Shown here: positions 24,606 through 37,442 of the stretch, one piece after another | Position numbering within the stretch: position 1 is the stretch's first letter | Layout: the number at the start of each line of letters is the position of its first letter | Program-made: the position numbers and the translations under genes | Assembly (NCBI RefSeq): GCF_025526975.1 | Contig: NW_026515688.1 | Span: 186,001-250,000 of the forward strand | Reading direction: 5' to 3' | Origin: Fimicolochytrium jonesii | Lineage: Eukaryota | DNA length: 64,000 nucleotides | Notes under the pieces: generated by a model | Told to the model about the DNA's origin: nothing | The model's database searches: none | Seen by the model: the letters and a program-made list of their open reading frames with translations, nothing else

Positions 24606-25044
24606 GGGGTGACACGGAGACGGAGGAGGCATATGTACAGTACAGTGTATGTATGATATATACAGGGCAGGGCAATTCTTCCGTATAACTGATTTGATTT
24701 GAAAAAAAAAATGTGTTGCGGGAATGTGCAAAACAGACTCGTTCGTTCATTTCTGCGTTCACATCCGGACCTCCCTGCCCAAAAAAAAAAGGAGCCCTCC
24801 TCACCACCCTTTCTAACTCCCAAACTTTGCGGCGGCGTTTCCAACTCTGTTCTCGCATTTCCCATTCCCCGACCCTCTTTCCCGGCGCCGAGAAGGTGCG
24901 TTGATGCACATCTATCGCGCCCGTTGACTGCGATGGGTGGTAGGATCGCTGGTTCCGCTTTCATAGCCCCCGCGTAATGTTGTGTTTCGCTCCCCTCGTT
25001 CATACCCCACAGTACACACTCCATCCCATCCCACCCCCCACCAC

Positions 25045-26008
25045 TCAAAACGCGGCAGATCCCCCGCCCCGCACAGCAGCGGCGCTCTGCGCCGCCCGCG
25101 CGGCCTGGAAGCGGGCGAAGCGGGACGAGAGGGGTGCGGCGCGGCGGTCGCTGTTGTCGTTCGTGGTCGCGTAGGTATTGCTGGAGTTGTTCGCATAGTT
25201 GGCGGGCCTGGCGTGTGCGTTAGCGGGATTGATGTAGGCTCGGTCGTACGTCTGGGTTCCGGCATCATCACACCTAAAAAGAAACAAAATGGAGGTTGAA
25301 GCCTGCCGAAAACACACGACCGTCCCTATCCCCCCGCCCTCCCCCAACGATATGCGCTTACCCGTCCCTCCACCGATCGTTGACGATCGAGATCCGCATC
25401 GCCAGCCCGTCCGGGAGCGCGTATCCACCGCCGCCGTGGTACCGTCCGCCGGGGTATCTGTTGCGGTTCAGGGCGGTGGACTGCTTGTACGGGTGATGGG
25501 TTGTGCTGTAGGGCTGGTTACGGGCGTGGCGATTGTGGCGGTTGTGCAGGCCGGATGTGAAGAGGGGGGTGAGGGTCTGGGGAGTGGGGGACCGGGGAGG
25601 GATGAGGGGGAGAATTTCGGATGCGGTGGAGTATGAGTGGAAGTCTACTTACGTTCCCACCATCAAGCGCGCGGCCGCGAGTGTCAGCCAGATTGCCGTT
25701 CTTGTCATGGAACCCGAGAGACTTGTGCTTGTAGAGGTTGAAGCGAGCTGCGTTGCTGAACTTGTTGTTGTTGGTGTTGATGTTGTTGTGACCTTCCTTT
25801 TCGCGTTGTTTTTGGATGATTTCGTCTGTGGAATGGAAGGGAGGGGCGGTGATTCATATGGTGTGACAACGATGTTGCGGGGGTTGAGGAAATACTAGGG
25901 GAGGTGTCAAAGCGAAAAAAGACCGCTGGGACGGGTGTAGAAAGAAAACTCACCCAGAGACAACGTGAGCTTGCTCTGAACGTCAATGTCCATAGGTTGC
26001 GGATTCAT
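25045..26008 (-). CDS. Small four-exon protein with N-terminal UAP56-binding-type motif; UIF/FYTTD1-like
   Basis: Splicing G|gtgagt(25953)..cacag|(25825), AAC|gtaagt..cccag, GG|gtaagc..tttag gives MNPQPMDIDVQSKLTLSLDEIIQKQREKE...LAMRISIVND...PLSSRFARFQAARAAQSAAAVRGGGSAAF*. Confidence 0.7.
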
Positions 26009-26990
26009 CTTTTCAGCTGTTGTTTTTCTTGTTTCGCAGGTGAGTTTCCTATCCTCTGCTGTTTGCTGTTTGTGAGTTCCACGTTGGTCGATGCGTGAGG
26101 GCGGTGAAGAAAGGGATGTGGTGAACTTTTCTGAGGAGAGGGGATTGGTTGTGGTGCGACTTCCAAAAGGTGTTTGAAAAAGCCTGGGATTGGCACACGA
26201 AACTTCTGGGACTGGAGGGGATCTATCTGTATATGAGGGAAAACATGTGGAGAGGGGCAAGTGTCTCCAGCGACGATGTGCCGTCAGTGGTGTCGAAATG
26301 GGAATCTATTGTAAACCCAGTTCCGGTAGCGTCGAACCCGCTTTGCAACCAACATGAATACCGGGTAACGATGCGCCGGTGAGTGTTTGGGGGCCATGAA
26401 ACGGGGCGCGGATCCTTCCAAGAGGAAGGGAAAGTTGATGACCGAACTAACTTATCACAGGCGGCCGCTTGCCCCAAATCAGTATATAGCGGTCTTCCCA
26501 GCAGCCTTGATTGAAGTGGATTCCTTCGTTCCTTGCGCCGGACGGGAAAGCCCTGTTGCTGCCTTGTTCTCCGTGTTGCTGGCTGCCTGCCTGCCTGGGA
26601 AAGAAACTCGCTCTGCACTCGCTCGGCTTGACTCCCCAGACATCCCTACCTCCCACCTCTCGAGCACTTTCCATCGCATAGAATATATTCTCTTTCACTG
26701 CTTGACATTTCTGACGGGCGGAGATCCCTACGCGTAGTGCCGTCTTCAACGAGGTTAGACCGTGCTGCCCAACGAAAGTCGCAACAACTGGCTTCTCCGA
26801 CTGAACTCGTGGTAGGTGTCTCTTGTGTATTCCGTGGCCAAAGGCGCCAGGTGTGGTGTGAAATGTCGGCTCGACAGCTTGCGCTACCAAACTGGCCTTC
26901 AAATCCACACGTCCTTTTCAGCTGACGGAAACCGTTTTTCCACTTCTCTAAGGTGTCAAACGAGGTGAACTACAACCCTCACCGAACAAT

Positions 26991-29900
26991 ATGCAGGGCA
27001 CCACTGAGAACCGCCCTCAGAATGGCGGTGCCGGCGGCAAACCCAGCAAAGCCATGACCGCCGAAGAGTTCGAACGGCTAGTTCAACAAGAAAAGACCAC
27101 CACCCGCATATCCCTATCCAACAGCCGTCGCAACGCCAACCCAGACGACGGATACAATTCCGATGCCTCCATCGACAGAGCGCTTGGATCGCCTGCTGCC
27201 TTCTTTGACTATGTCGCAAATGGTCCTACCCAGCAGAACCGGCTCTCTATTGCGCCCCAGTTCCAGCCTCAACCTCAGACGTCAAATTCCCAACGGAAGC
27301 AGCAGAAGAGGGAGCAACGGGAACAGCAACGTACCGAACAGAGGGAACAAAGGGAGCAGAGGGACCAGAGGGACCAGAGGGAGCAGAGGGAGCAGAGGGA
27401 GGTGAGGGACCCAAGGGACCCGAGGGATCCGCAATATGGCGGTATGATGGGTGGGCCCGAGGAAGGCCCACAGCAACAACAACAAATGCAAGGACGTGGA
27501 CACCCACAGCAGCAGCAGCAACAGCAGCAGCAAGCGCAACAACAACAACAGCGCATGTCTGTAGCCCCCGGCGGACCTGGTGCGCCAAGAGTATTCCCGG
27601 GGGCATTACCCCCAAGAACGCATCCCATGCGGCAGTCCATGGGCCCGCAAGGGCCCTATATAGCTGGACCAGAGGAGAAGATGTATCAGGAACAGCCTCA
27701 ACCCCAACAACGACAGCAGCAGCAGCCACAAATGGTGGTCCCACCGCAGCAACAGAATCCTCAGCGAATGCAGCAGGAGCGAGCTCCCCAACAACAACAA
27801 CCACCGCTCGGCTCCGACATCAAGTTTACAGGACCACCCATCCAGCACGCACCCCCTGCGGAGCGCTCAGGCCCACCCTTCAGCTCCTCCAAAAAGTCAA
27901 CCCCAGTCGAGCCCGCTGGTCAGACCAGCAGCACCGGCAGCGCATCTGGGTCCTTCCCGGAGCAAAAGGACAAAAAGAAGAAAAAGGGCGGGTTCTTTGG
28001 TTTCGGTAAGAAAAAGAAGAACAACAAGGATGAGGACAAGCAGCAGCAGAATGGCGTTGCGCCGACTCATATCCGTGACCCCCCTGCTCGCGGCGGTGGT
28101 GGTCAAGATAGCTGGGATCAGGGCGGATCATACGAGCGCACAAATGTGTTCCATGGTGCTCAGCAGGGTCGGACCGGTGATGACCTGTTGAGTATTCCTT
28201 CCCATATATCGAACAAGGAAGTCAGGAGGAGCATCATCATTGCGGAGGATGAAGGGAGGTTCGGAGCGCCGTTGATCGATGTGAACGCTATCTCCCAGCG
28301 GCCTCGTAGGCCTGAAAGTCTCCTGAAGGATCAGAATCAGAATGGGGGACAATATCAGCAGCATCACCATCAACATCACCATCAACAACACCACATCGCT
28401 CAACCCCAATCTCAAACACGGGCGTCCCCGCCTAGTGGTCAAGGCTCACGAGGAGCCTCCCCACAGCAGGGCGGTCACCCAGACAACCGCGGACAACCAC
28501 CCGCTGGTCCCGTGCAACATTCCCAGGGCCGCTGGCAACGGGATGAAAAGGGCGGGCTCATTTGGGTCACGGAGCCCATGACACCCGTAACACTCGCCGC
28601 GGGTCAGTCGCCGCAGCTCCAACACAAGGGGAGCAACTCGCAATTGCAAAATGCCGCCACCGGTCCGACCCGGACGTCATCTATCAATGGTGCTTACCGC
28701 ATGTCGCAGGTGCCACCCGGTGCGATGGGTCAAGCCATGTCCCTGAACACCAGTGACATGCAAAAGGATCCCAACGCACGGCCCCAATCCCAGTCCCAAC
28801 AAGCCCAACGCCCCATCTCCACCGCCAACCCTCAAACCTGGCCCGCCTACCAACAGCCCACCCCGCAAGACCGCACCTCCCACCTCCTCGTCGTTCCCAA
28901 CCCCGAACGTGACTACATCCCCGGCGACGGCAGCGACTGGTCTTCCTCCTCCTCCGACGGCCACCACGACGACTACGACCTCAACAGCACAGACGGCTAC
29001 GACGACCCCTACAACAACGACGCCGACCACGAAGACAACTACGACGAACTCGACGACGAAACCCTGCACAACACCGAGCTGAACGCGGTTACGAATTACG
29101 GGATGCATCAGCCGTTACCTTTACCCGGATCTCACCCGGCTGTTAGGGCCGCGAGGAAGAAGCAGGGCGTGGGCGTAGAGTTCTCGACGGTTATGGAGGA
29201 ATGTTTGGGGGCTGTGGAGGATAGTGATGGGGAGAAGGAGTACGGGGAGACGAGGAGGGAGATGGTGCCGTTGAGGGATCGGACGGGGCTGGCGAGTGAT
29301 TTGGATGAGGAAGACGAGGATGAAGACGATGAGGATGAGGATGAGGAGGAGGAGACGGCAGGGGAACGGGCGGCTTTACCTGTTGCGAGCAGGGGGAGCA
29401 GCTTGCAGTACGGCAAAGACGCGCGGGAGGACGCAAACGAGGGTCGCAGCGTGTCCCCAAACAACGCCAACCAGCAGGACGCTCGGATGCATATCTCGGC
29501 CCCGCGCGATGCTGACATTTCGCCAGCGAAGCTGATGCTCAGCCCGCCGATGGAGTACATCATCCCGCCAATGTCCCTCCCGAGCCCCGAGATCTTCCCG
29601 CCCGCGGCGCCGATGCCGCTCACCCCACCTCCCCCGCCGCCAACTGCGGCACCAGCTCCCCCAACCCCGGCAGCGAGTAGTAGCAAGACGGTGATTTTTG
29701 GCACCGCCGCGGCGTCAGGGGAACGGTCCGTTGCGGAGACCGTGCAATGGGATCATGAGGTTGTCGGGCACACAGCGGAGATTGTATCCGTCGCGCCGGC
29801 TGCCGAGCTCCCACCGCAGCATCCGGCACTGCATCTGGCGTCCCCTGGGTCCCCGCCCACGACCCCGCCGCCGTCTGCGTTACCTCCCACACCAACACCC

Positions 29901-30666
29901 AACGGCGCATACGAGTTGGAGATCATCAAGCCCGTGCACTCGACAAGCACAGGCACGGATACGAACTTGGACCTCGACCCCCTGCCCCCCCGTATCCCCG
30001 CTGCCTCCTCAGCTCCCCCGCAACAACAACTTCCCCCAATCCCCTCCTCCATCCACCAACAACAACAACAACAACACATCGACCGCACAACCTCCCCCGC
30101 TCACACAAAACCCGCGCCCACAAAACCTACCCCCACCCCCACAACAACATCAGCAGGAGCCCCGCAAACAGCGCTGCCCCCGACCCCCCGCCGCAAAAAA
30201 GTCCGCCACGTCCAAATCCAAACCCGCGCGCCCCCCACAACCACAACCGCCACGCAAACCTCCCCCTCCGAAGAACTCACCACCGAGAACCGCGACCTGT
30301 TAGCCGAGGTCGTCCGGCTTCGCTCCCTCGTGCACGGTCTGACGACGGAACGCGAACGCGAGCGCGAGACCAGGGAGGTCGAACGGGGCCGGTATGAGGC
30401 CTTGAGCGAGGGTGCGGTCCGCAAGATCAGGGAGCTGGTGAGGGAGGTGGAGGAGTACAAGGTCGAGTGTGAGGCCCTGAAGGGTGTGGTATGTATCCTT
30501 GTTGTTTTGAGTCGTAGGGTACGATGCAGGCGATCGTGATGCTTACCATCTTGTTTTGGTTTTTTGTTTTTTTTTGTAGATTGAGGGATTTGAAATGCAC
30601 CAGCAGGAATGGGAGGGTGTGTCGTCGGCGGCGGCTGTGGACGGGTCTGCGATGGATTTCCGATGA
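26991..30666 (+). CDS. Large Q/P-rich low-complexity protein (about 1190 aa) with acidic tract and C-terminal coiled coil; intron 30489-30579
   Basis: 3.5 kb open frame; gtatgt..tgtag intron leads to IEGFEMHQQEWE...MDFR*. Confidence 0.85.
27339..27430 (+). repeat. 9-bp coding minisatellite (cagagggag/cagagggac/ccaagggac) encoding QRE/QRD/PRD
   Basis: Seen directly in sequence. Confidence 0.85.
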
Positions 30667-31768
30667 ACACCCCCCCGGCCCTGCACTCTATATATACACG
30701 ACACAACACGAAACACCACATTTGCAATGTACAGCACATACACCTAGACCATACATAGAACCGACCCCTTTAGTTAAGACATTTCGCATTTAGATACACT
30801 CGGTTCTTTTTTGTGCGTAGCGTAGGAGCGTAGACAGGCACATTGGACTTTTCTCCTTTTTTTTTTTTATGGCATTATATTACTTTGGTTCGGTTGAGTT
30901 GAGTTGGATTTGGAGGAGTGAGGCGGTGAGGGTTGGGGAGCCTGCTCAACGGAGGAGCGAATGAGGGAGCCGGAAGCAACCAGCCGGTCGACGAATGTCA
31001 TGACTGTGCTTTAGATCCCGTTCCGTTTCGGACCCAGAGTCGGCTCCGCATCTAGGGAGATTCGTACTCTTATTGGGGGTCGACACCTGGTCAACGGGGG
31101 GAGTCAGGTCCCCATTTGACCCAGGGGAGATCCCGCCGTTGCATATCGAAGGCGCGGCAGATATTCTACGCCAAAGCGGGGGGGAATGTTCCAACCGGGC
31201 TTTTCGAGAACTGTTGGAGGGCGGCATGTCGTTGATCGGCGTGGCCATGCTGCATGTCTGCGGGAATGGGATGGGTCTGCCGAACTTTGAGAAAACGAAA
31301 CAGAGATGGAGACGCAGGGGGATGAAGAATGCGTGTCGGTGCTCGTCCCTTGTGTGATCAGATCGCCTGCTGAAGATCCCTCTCGACCGTTTGTGGATAT
31401 CCACACATCGGTCCAGCAGAAGGACCCCTCATGGCATCAGCGAGCGCATAGCGCATTATTATCCACCATTGGTACCAGGTGCGTCCGTACCCGGTCTGCG
31501 TGCAATTTCAGGGGAACGCAGTACAGGGCCAAGCAGGAAGGACTGGCAACGATAGGCTAGGGAACCCAATGTGGCTAACCTGTAGCCAACAAAGCGATAC
31601 GGCTCAATCATCCGAATCTGCACGCAGTATGTCGATTCCCAAAAACGGGAACTAAGTGCATGTACAGGAGTCTACGCCGTAAGTCGAGGGGAAGATCTAC
31701 ATAATATACGAAGGGGATGTCTCCGCTATCGATTTCTACACTTTCCCATTTTCTAGCTAGCTCCCCAC

Positions 31769-32523
31769 TCAAATCCAAGCAAACGTCACCGCCAACGCCG
31801 CGGCCGCCACCGCAACCGCTCCCGAAGCAACGGCGGGTCCAAGCCCGCCCGCCGCCGCATTCTTGGCCGCCTCCCCATTCGCCGCGCCGGTGGTGTTCCC
31901 GTTCCCATTCGTCCCGTTGTTGGGCACAACCGTTCCGTTCCCCGTCACGACGGTTCCATTCCCACCGCTCCCAGCGTTCCCAGCGTTTCCGTTGACGGTC
32001 GCACAGTCCCCCTTCCACCCCACCGCATTCGTTGCGTTGACGTTGGCCCCGCCGGTCTGGGCGCACGCGGTGTTGCGGGCGCACGTGACGGCAGGGAAGT
32101 CGGCGGAGGAGGAGCAGAAGTTGATGTAGCAGAAGACGAGCTGGTTCTTTTCGCGGCAGAGACAGGCGGCGTCGGTGGGCCCGCAGGCTGTTATGAGGTT
32201 GTTTTGGTTTTTGAGGCACTGTGGCGGGGTACAGAAAGAAGGGGGAGTTAGGGAAAAAAAAAGGTATCAGCCCACATCAAACCAAAGGTGAGAGAGGTAT
32301 CGTGGCTTCGCTTCGCTCGCGAAGGACCACAGTGAGAGGAGCATTGCGCCTCCGCGGAACTATCGGCCTCCCAGAACGAACCGCCGTTGAGGGGGGTGTT
32401 TGTTTCACAATACGCTACCTCAGTGAAAGCATCCTGGGCGACGCAGGTAGTGTTTTGGCCCTGAACGACGACGGCGGTCGCAGCAAAGAGCGCTGCGGCG
32501 AAAGTGGAGGTTATGACCTTCAT
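31769..32523 (-). CDS. Small secreted Cys-rich protein, probably GPI-anchored; intron 32219-32418
   Basis: Signal peptide MKVITSTFAAALFAATAVVVQG; C-rich domain CVAQDAFTE|CLKNQNNLITACGPTDAACLCREKNQLVFCYINFC; G/N/T linker; hydrophobic tail AVAVAAAALAVTFAWI*. Confidence 0.85.
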
Positions 32524-33799
32524 GTTTGGCAGAGTGAGACGTGGATTACTATGGATAGAAAGGAAAGAATGCTTCGGTGTTGCGAAAGATCGGAGGGGAC
32601 GACGAACGACGACGAATTTGGCACCGACCCTTTTATGTATGCGGATCCTCGCGCGCGGGAGGGTTGGGGACCAGCAAGAAAGCTCTGAAACACCCAAGAG
32701 CCAGTGAGCGGTTTTTCTCGCCACGGGAGCGAGATAGCGCTTTGCGGGTTGGGGTCGTTGGGGGCCGTTGGGAATCAGAGGGATCCCTTCATCGCGAATC
32801 GGTCGGTGGCGGAGTCGCAATGACGCGCGCTGTCAAATTCCTTCCTATTCTCGTCTCGGACTCCCTTACACCCTTCGAGAGCATTACATGAACCCCTCGC
32901 AATAACTGATTGGCCCTACATACTGTATAGTAAATGAGGCATCTTGCGTAGCGGAGGGGGCTTGTGGGCAGGAGAGCTTTGCTGTTGCGACTTGCAATTT
33001 TCCTTCCGCTAGAGCCACGCCGAACTCTGGCGAATGCTCAATGTCGTCTCCATCTCCGCTTTCAATACGTCCGGGGTGCGGGCTGGATGGCGGTGGAGAG
33101 GAGGAAGATCTCAAGTCGGTTTCCTCCCAGGGTTTCCTGGAGGCCACTGGAACCATATTGGCTTTCCAGCGCTGACCTGTGCCACTCTCGCGACTCTCGG
33201 GACTTGCAAGGACTTAGTATAGATTTCCCATGTTTAGTGGCACAACAAACATGAACAAGTTGAAGAAGGGTCCAGAGTTATAAAGCATCGCAATGACTCT
33301 CTCGCACCTATCCACCACCTCCACTCCCTTAATCTCCATTTTCATAAACATTTCATTGAGCCGAGGAGAACCGACTCGTGGTTTCAGGCCAAGAATACGG
33401 TTGGAAAGGTGGTTTGCTAGATGTGCTGAACCACAGTTTGGTGCCGTGTTTGCTGATTGGTCTACATAATAACCCCTAGCTAGGTGACCCGCCGGCAAAA
33501 ACGGATGTCGAACGTCGGCGGCTTTCTGCAGAGGGGGAGACAGAGTGACATGAGCGCATGGAGCACAACCACGCATCACTTCATGAGCTCCCCGTGCTAC
33601 TAGTGGTCTCGCCGCACCAATCCAGGCCAACACTACAGCCTTCGCCGCCTGGCCCTACGCAGAGTCCCAGCGTTGAAGTCCCGATCCACGCCTCCATGTT
33701 CAGGTCCGTGTTTAGGAGGTGAGCTTACCAATATTCTCAACCTGGACGTCATCGTTTGACGCGGGTTGGTTTGACAGGTATTGATGGTAAGGATCCCAT

Positions 33800-34813
33800 T
33801 CAGAGCGGGACAAGATGACACCCCAAAAGGCCCCTCCCACCCCATTTGCGCGGTACGAGGGCGAGGTCGTGCTTTTCGCCGTTACGCAAGACGAGGACTT
33901 TGATGCGTTGCTGCAGAAAAAGGGCGCGTTAGCTAACCTGCAAGGAACAATCTGTTCGTAAGGATTAGAACGTACGTTTTCGACGACGGCGCTGGGCAGT
34001 TGTTTCAGGGGCTCCGTGTGGGATGTTGCTGTTATTGTTGCAAATCTATACGACAGATGACGATACGTTGGGCGACGGATGAATGGTATGCATGAACAGT
34101 AGAAAGATTTAGGACAAACCGTAGGATAAGATCGTTCCGCGCCAATCCTGCCGCGCTGGCGGGACTGTCGGGGGCTACTGCATCGATCTTGGCAAACGGT
34201 GACAGTGCTTCTTCTGCAAAGTAAAAGGGAAGGTCAACCAGCGATGCTTCTTCCTGGAATGATGGATGAGGCTCGCTATCTCTCAGGCATCTATGCGCCC
34301 CTCTTCACCCAGAAGTTTTCTCAGTGAGCTTCCTTTGCTCGTGGTGTCGCACACCCTCGCTCGCGTAATCATTCACCATCCTCACTCCAACTTCCCCCTC
34401 GCCTTCCCGGCGAAACGTACCATTCCCCCCTTCCCCACCCGCTACCCCACTCCTCCCCTCCCTCCTCGCCCCCTCATGCACCTCGGCAAGCGCCTTCTCT
34501 ATCCTCCCCATCATCTCCTGATGGTCATTCCGCAACCGAATGATCTCCACGCGCACATGTCGGATATTATATACGTCAATGTCGGCGCGCGGGAAGCCGT
34601 CGGCGTCCGTTAGGGGGGTTGTCATTGTTAGGTTTTGCTGTTGGAGTAGAGGGAAGGGGGTTAAGTTGAGGGGGATGGGAGAGGGGAAGGGGCGTTGGGA
34701 CGTACGGAGGACAGGACTTGCTCGAGGGAGCGGATGCGGTCTTCTATGGCGTCTTTTTCGGCGATGAGACGGCGGGTCGTTGTGACGATGTCGTCGTAGG
34801 TTGAGGCTGTCAT
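33800..34813 (-). CDS. NAS2: Proteasome assembly chaperone Nas2/PSMD9 (PDZ domain); multi-exon
   Basis: MTTPLTDADGFPRADIDVYNIRHVRVEIIRLRNDH, PFAKIDAVAPDSPASAAG, LVPRKWGGRGLLGCHLVPL*. Confidence 0.93.
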
Positions 34814-35109
34814 GGCTGGGGCTGGATACCTTTGCGAGAACGGTACAGAGACGAGAGAGAGAGATAGATTGCAGTTTGGGGCGACAAGGGAAGTGTGAGA
34901 AACCTCCTGCGAACGAACGCGCGTGAAAGCAGTCCGACGCTGTCGAATCTCTTCCCAAACGAGTTGGGGCAGGCATTGTTTCTACAAGTTCTATTTCACA
35001 AAAAGAAATATGCAAATATCCCTTTCCCTCCCGGTATCTCCAAAACTCCGCAGCGTCCCCCCAATGTCGCCCCTATCCCCCAAAAAGCTCGAAACTCCCC
35101 AAACACACG

Positions 35110-37442
35110 CTAATGCACAGCCCTCATCCGCCCCATCTCCTGTCCCTCCCCTTTCGCAGCCTTCTCCGACTGCTCCTTCAGATAAACGAGCACGGCCTCC
35201 GTCCCGCGTACAATCACATGCTGAGGCGGTGAATCGAACGGGTTGTCGCGGAGATCCAGTTTCTACCAACCCAAAAAAAAGCAGCAATGCATGGTCAGAA
35301 AGGCACATGAGATGCGACATGTAGTCAATGACCAGCGCACCTGCAAATTGGTCATGGTATGCATCGAAGGCGGCAGATCGCTGATCCGGTTATGCGATAG
35401 ATCCATCCTGTTCAACGACGTCAGTTCCGAGATCTCACTGGGTAGGAAGTTCATTGTGTTGCTTCGGAGTTCTAGCACTGTCAGCTTCTTCAGCTTCCTA
35501 AATTTGATCATTTCCAGGACAAGACAACGTTCATCAGCATGGCAATCCCAGAACCCCGCTGGTTGAAGCTCAGATACTGACCCGATGGAAGCGGGTACGG
35601 TCTCCAGCTTGTTGTTGCTTGCAAAGAGCCGGTCCAGCTGGTCTAGGTTGCCGATATCTTCCGGGAGCGAGATGATTAGGTTGTGCGAGATGTCTAGCTC
35701 TGTTAGGGTGCGGATCTCGCAGATTTCGTCGGGGAGGATTTCGATCATGTTGTTGCTACGATGGGAGAGGGTGAGAAAATAAGAAATGGGAAGTTGAGAA
35801 ATCCTGCCTCTTTGACGTTGTCTGCGCAAAGAACCAAAACTCACTTCAAAAACAGCTTCACCAATAGCTTCAGCGTCCGTATCGTAGTAGGTATCGCGAA
35901 CGAGTTCAGCTGGTTGTGCCGCAGATCCAGATGCTGCAAGTTCTGCAACCCGCCGATCTGGTCCGGCACCTGGCTGATCGAGCAGCTGTCGCAGTTTAGC
36001 ACTTTTAGCGCTCTCAGGTTGCCGAGAATCTCTATTGTGCGTATGTGTGAGCAGAGTCCCAGATGCATTAACGCAAAAGAAGAGACGTGGCGCGTACCAG
36101 GCAAATCCTCCATCTGCCCATTATCCTTCATAATCAGCTCCGTCAGCAGCGTCCAATTCCGCACGCCCAGGGGTATCTTCTCCAGCTTCGTATTCCGCAT
36201 GTTGAACTTAAGCATCTTGGTGCAACGCGAGAGGGAGGAGGGGAGGTCGTCAAGCTGGTGGTTTTCTTGGATGTCGAGTTCTTCTAGGTTGATTAGGTTG
36301 CCGCCTGTGTGGGTGTGATTGGTGGGCATTTGTGTGCGTTTGGCTCTCCCAGTAATATGATTGATAACAGCGCCCATTACTTACACGAATCCGGCAGCGT
36401 CCTCAACGCATTATTCCCTAACGCCAGCCACCTGAGCGTCGTCACTTTCCCGATGGATTCCGGCAACTTCACCAGCAGATTGCTGCTGATATCGAACCTC
36501 TGCCCAGCGCAAAACAAAAATCAGCCCGACTGTCGGCAACAACCGTTGATTTGCTGATGTCTCACACACACCTGTAGCGTCTTGAGCCCCCCGATATCGT
36601 CGCTGACAGTCTTGATCTTGTTGAAGCCGACGTCGAGTTGCTCAAGGGAGGGGAGGACGAAGATGCAGCGGGGAAGACCCTTTATCGTTCCGAGTTGACA
36701 AAACAAATTAGTCCCGCACATCGTATGATGTGCCACCCCCTAACGCGCCAAAATTGTCGGTCCCCCACCTTGAGATCGTTATGATGCAGCTGCAACACTT
36801 TAAGATTGTGCAGATTGCCAACCTCGGGTATGATGTCCCTGCGTGCGAGGCATGGACGAGACCTGATCAGCCGTACGTCCCTCTCTCCGCGAGACACAGT
36901 GAGCACTCCCGCCCGCACAACTCACTCCAACTGATTTCCGCTCAAGTCCAACGTGAGAAGATTCGATAGCTCGCCGATTAGCGGCGTCATGGGTGAATAG
37001 AAGAGGCGATTGTTGCCTACAGATGAACCGGAATGATCAACACCTGCCTCTCCCAAATGGGCATTGTCAATGGAATACGAGGCGGGAAGGTTTGTAAATA
37101 CCGGCATGAATCTCCACCAAAGATTTCGGCAATGACGGTGGGAAATAGTTGACATTGTTTTGCGAAAAATCCAATATTTGCAGCTTCGTGAGCCTTCCTA
37201 TTCCGCCCCATCATATTCGTGTTAGGGACTACATCACCACGTCCAGTACGATCTGCAAAAGTTCTTGGCCACTCACCCAACTCCGGCGGCAAATCAATCA
37301 ACAAGTTGCTCGAGAGATTCAACGTTGTCAGTTTCTTGCAGGCCTTGATATCCTTGGGCAGTATTTTGATGTCGCGCTTGGATAGGTCTAGCGTTGTTTT
37401 CCTGCGCGCCTTGCGGATGTCTTTTGAGAGGGCTGAGCCCAT
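35110..37442 (-). CDS. LRR-only protein (SHOC2/RSU1-like repeats), many exons, N-myristoylation-type start
   Basis: MGSALS start; many LxxLxLxxNxLxxLP repeats; cap KLDLRDNPFDSPPQHVIVRGTEAVLVYLKE. Confidence 0.88.

Noticed and set aside
24341..25048. ORFs encoding poly-ER or poly-SL
   Set aside because: Translation artefacts of the (CT)n microsatellite
32900..33790. Short ORFs between the GPI protein and NAS2
   Set aside because: No recognisable motifs or consistent splice structure; treated as intergenic
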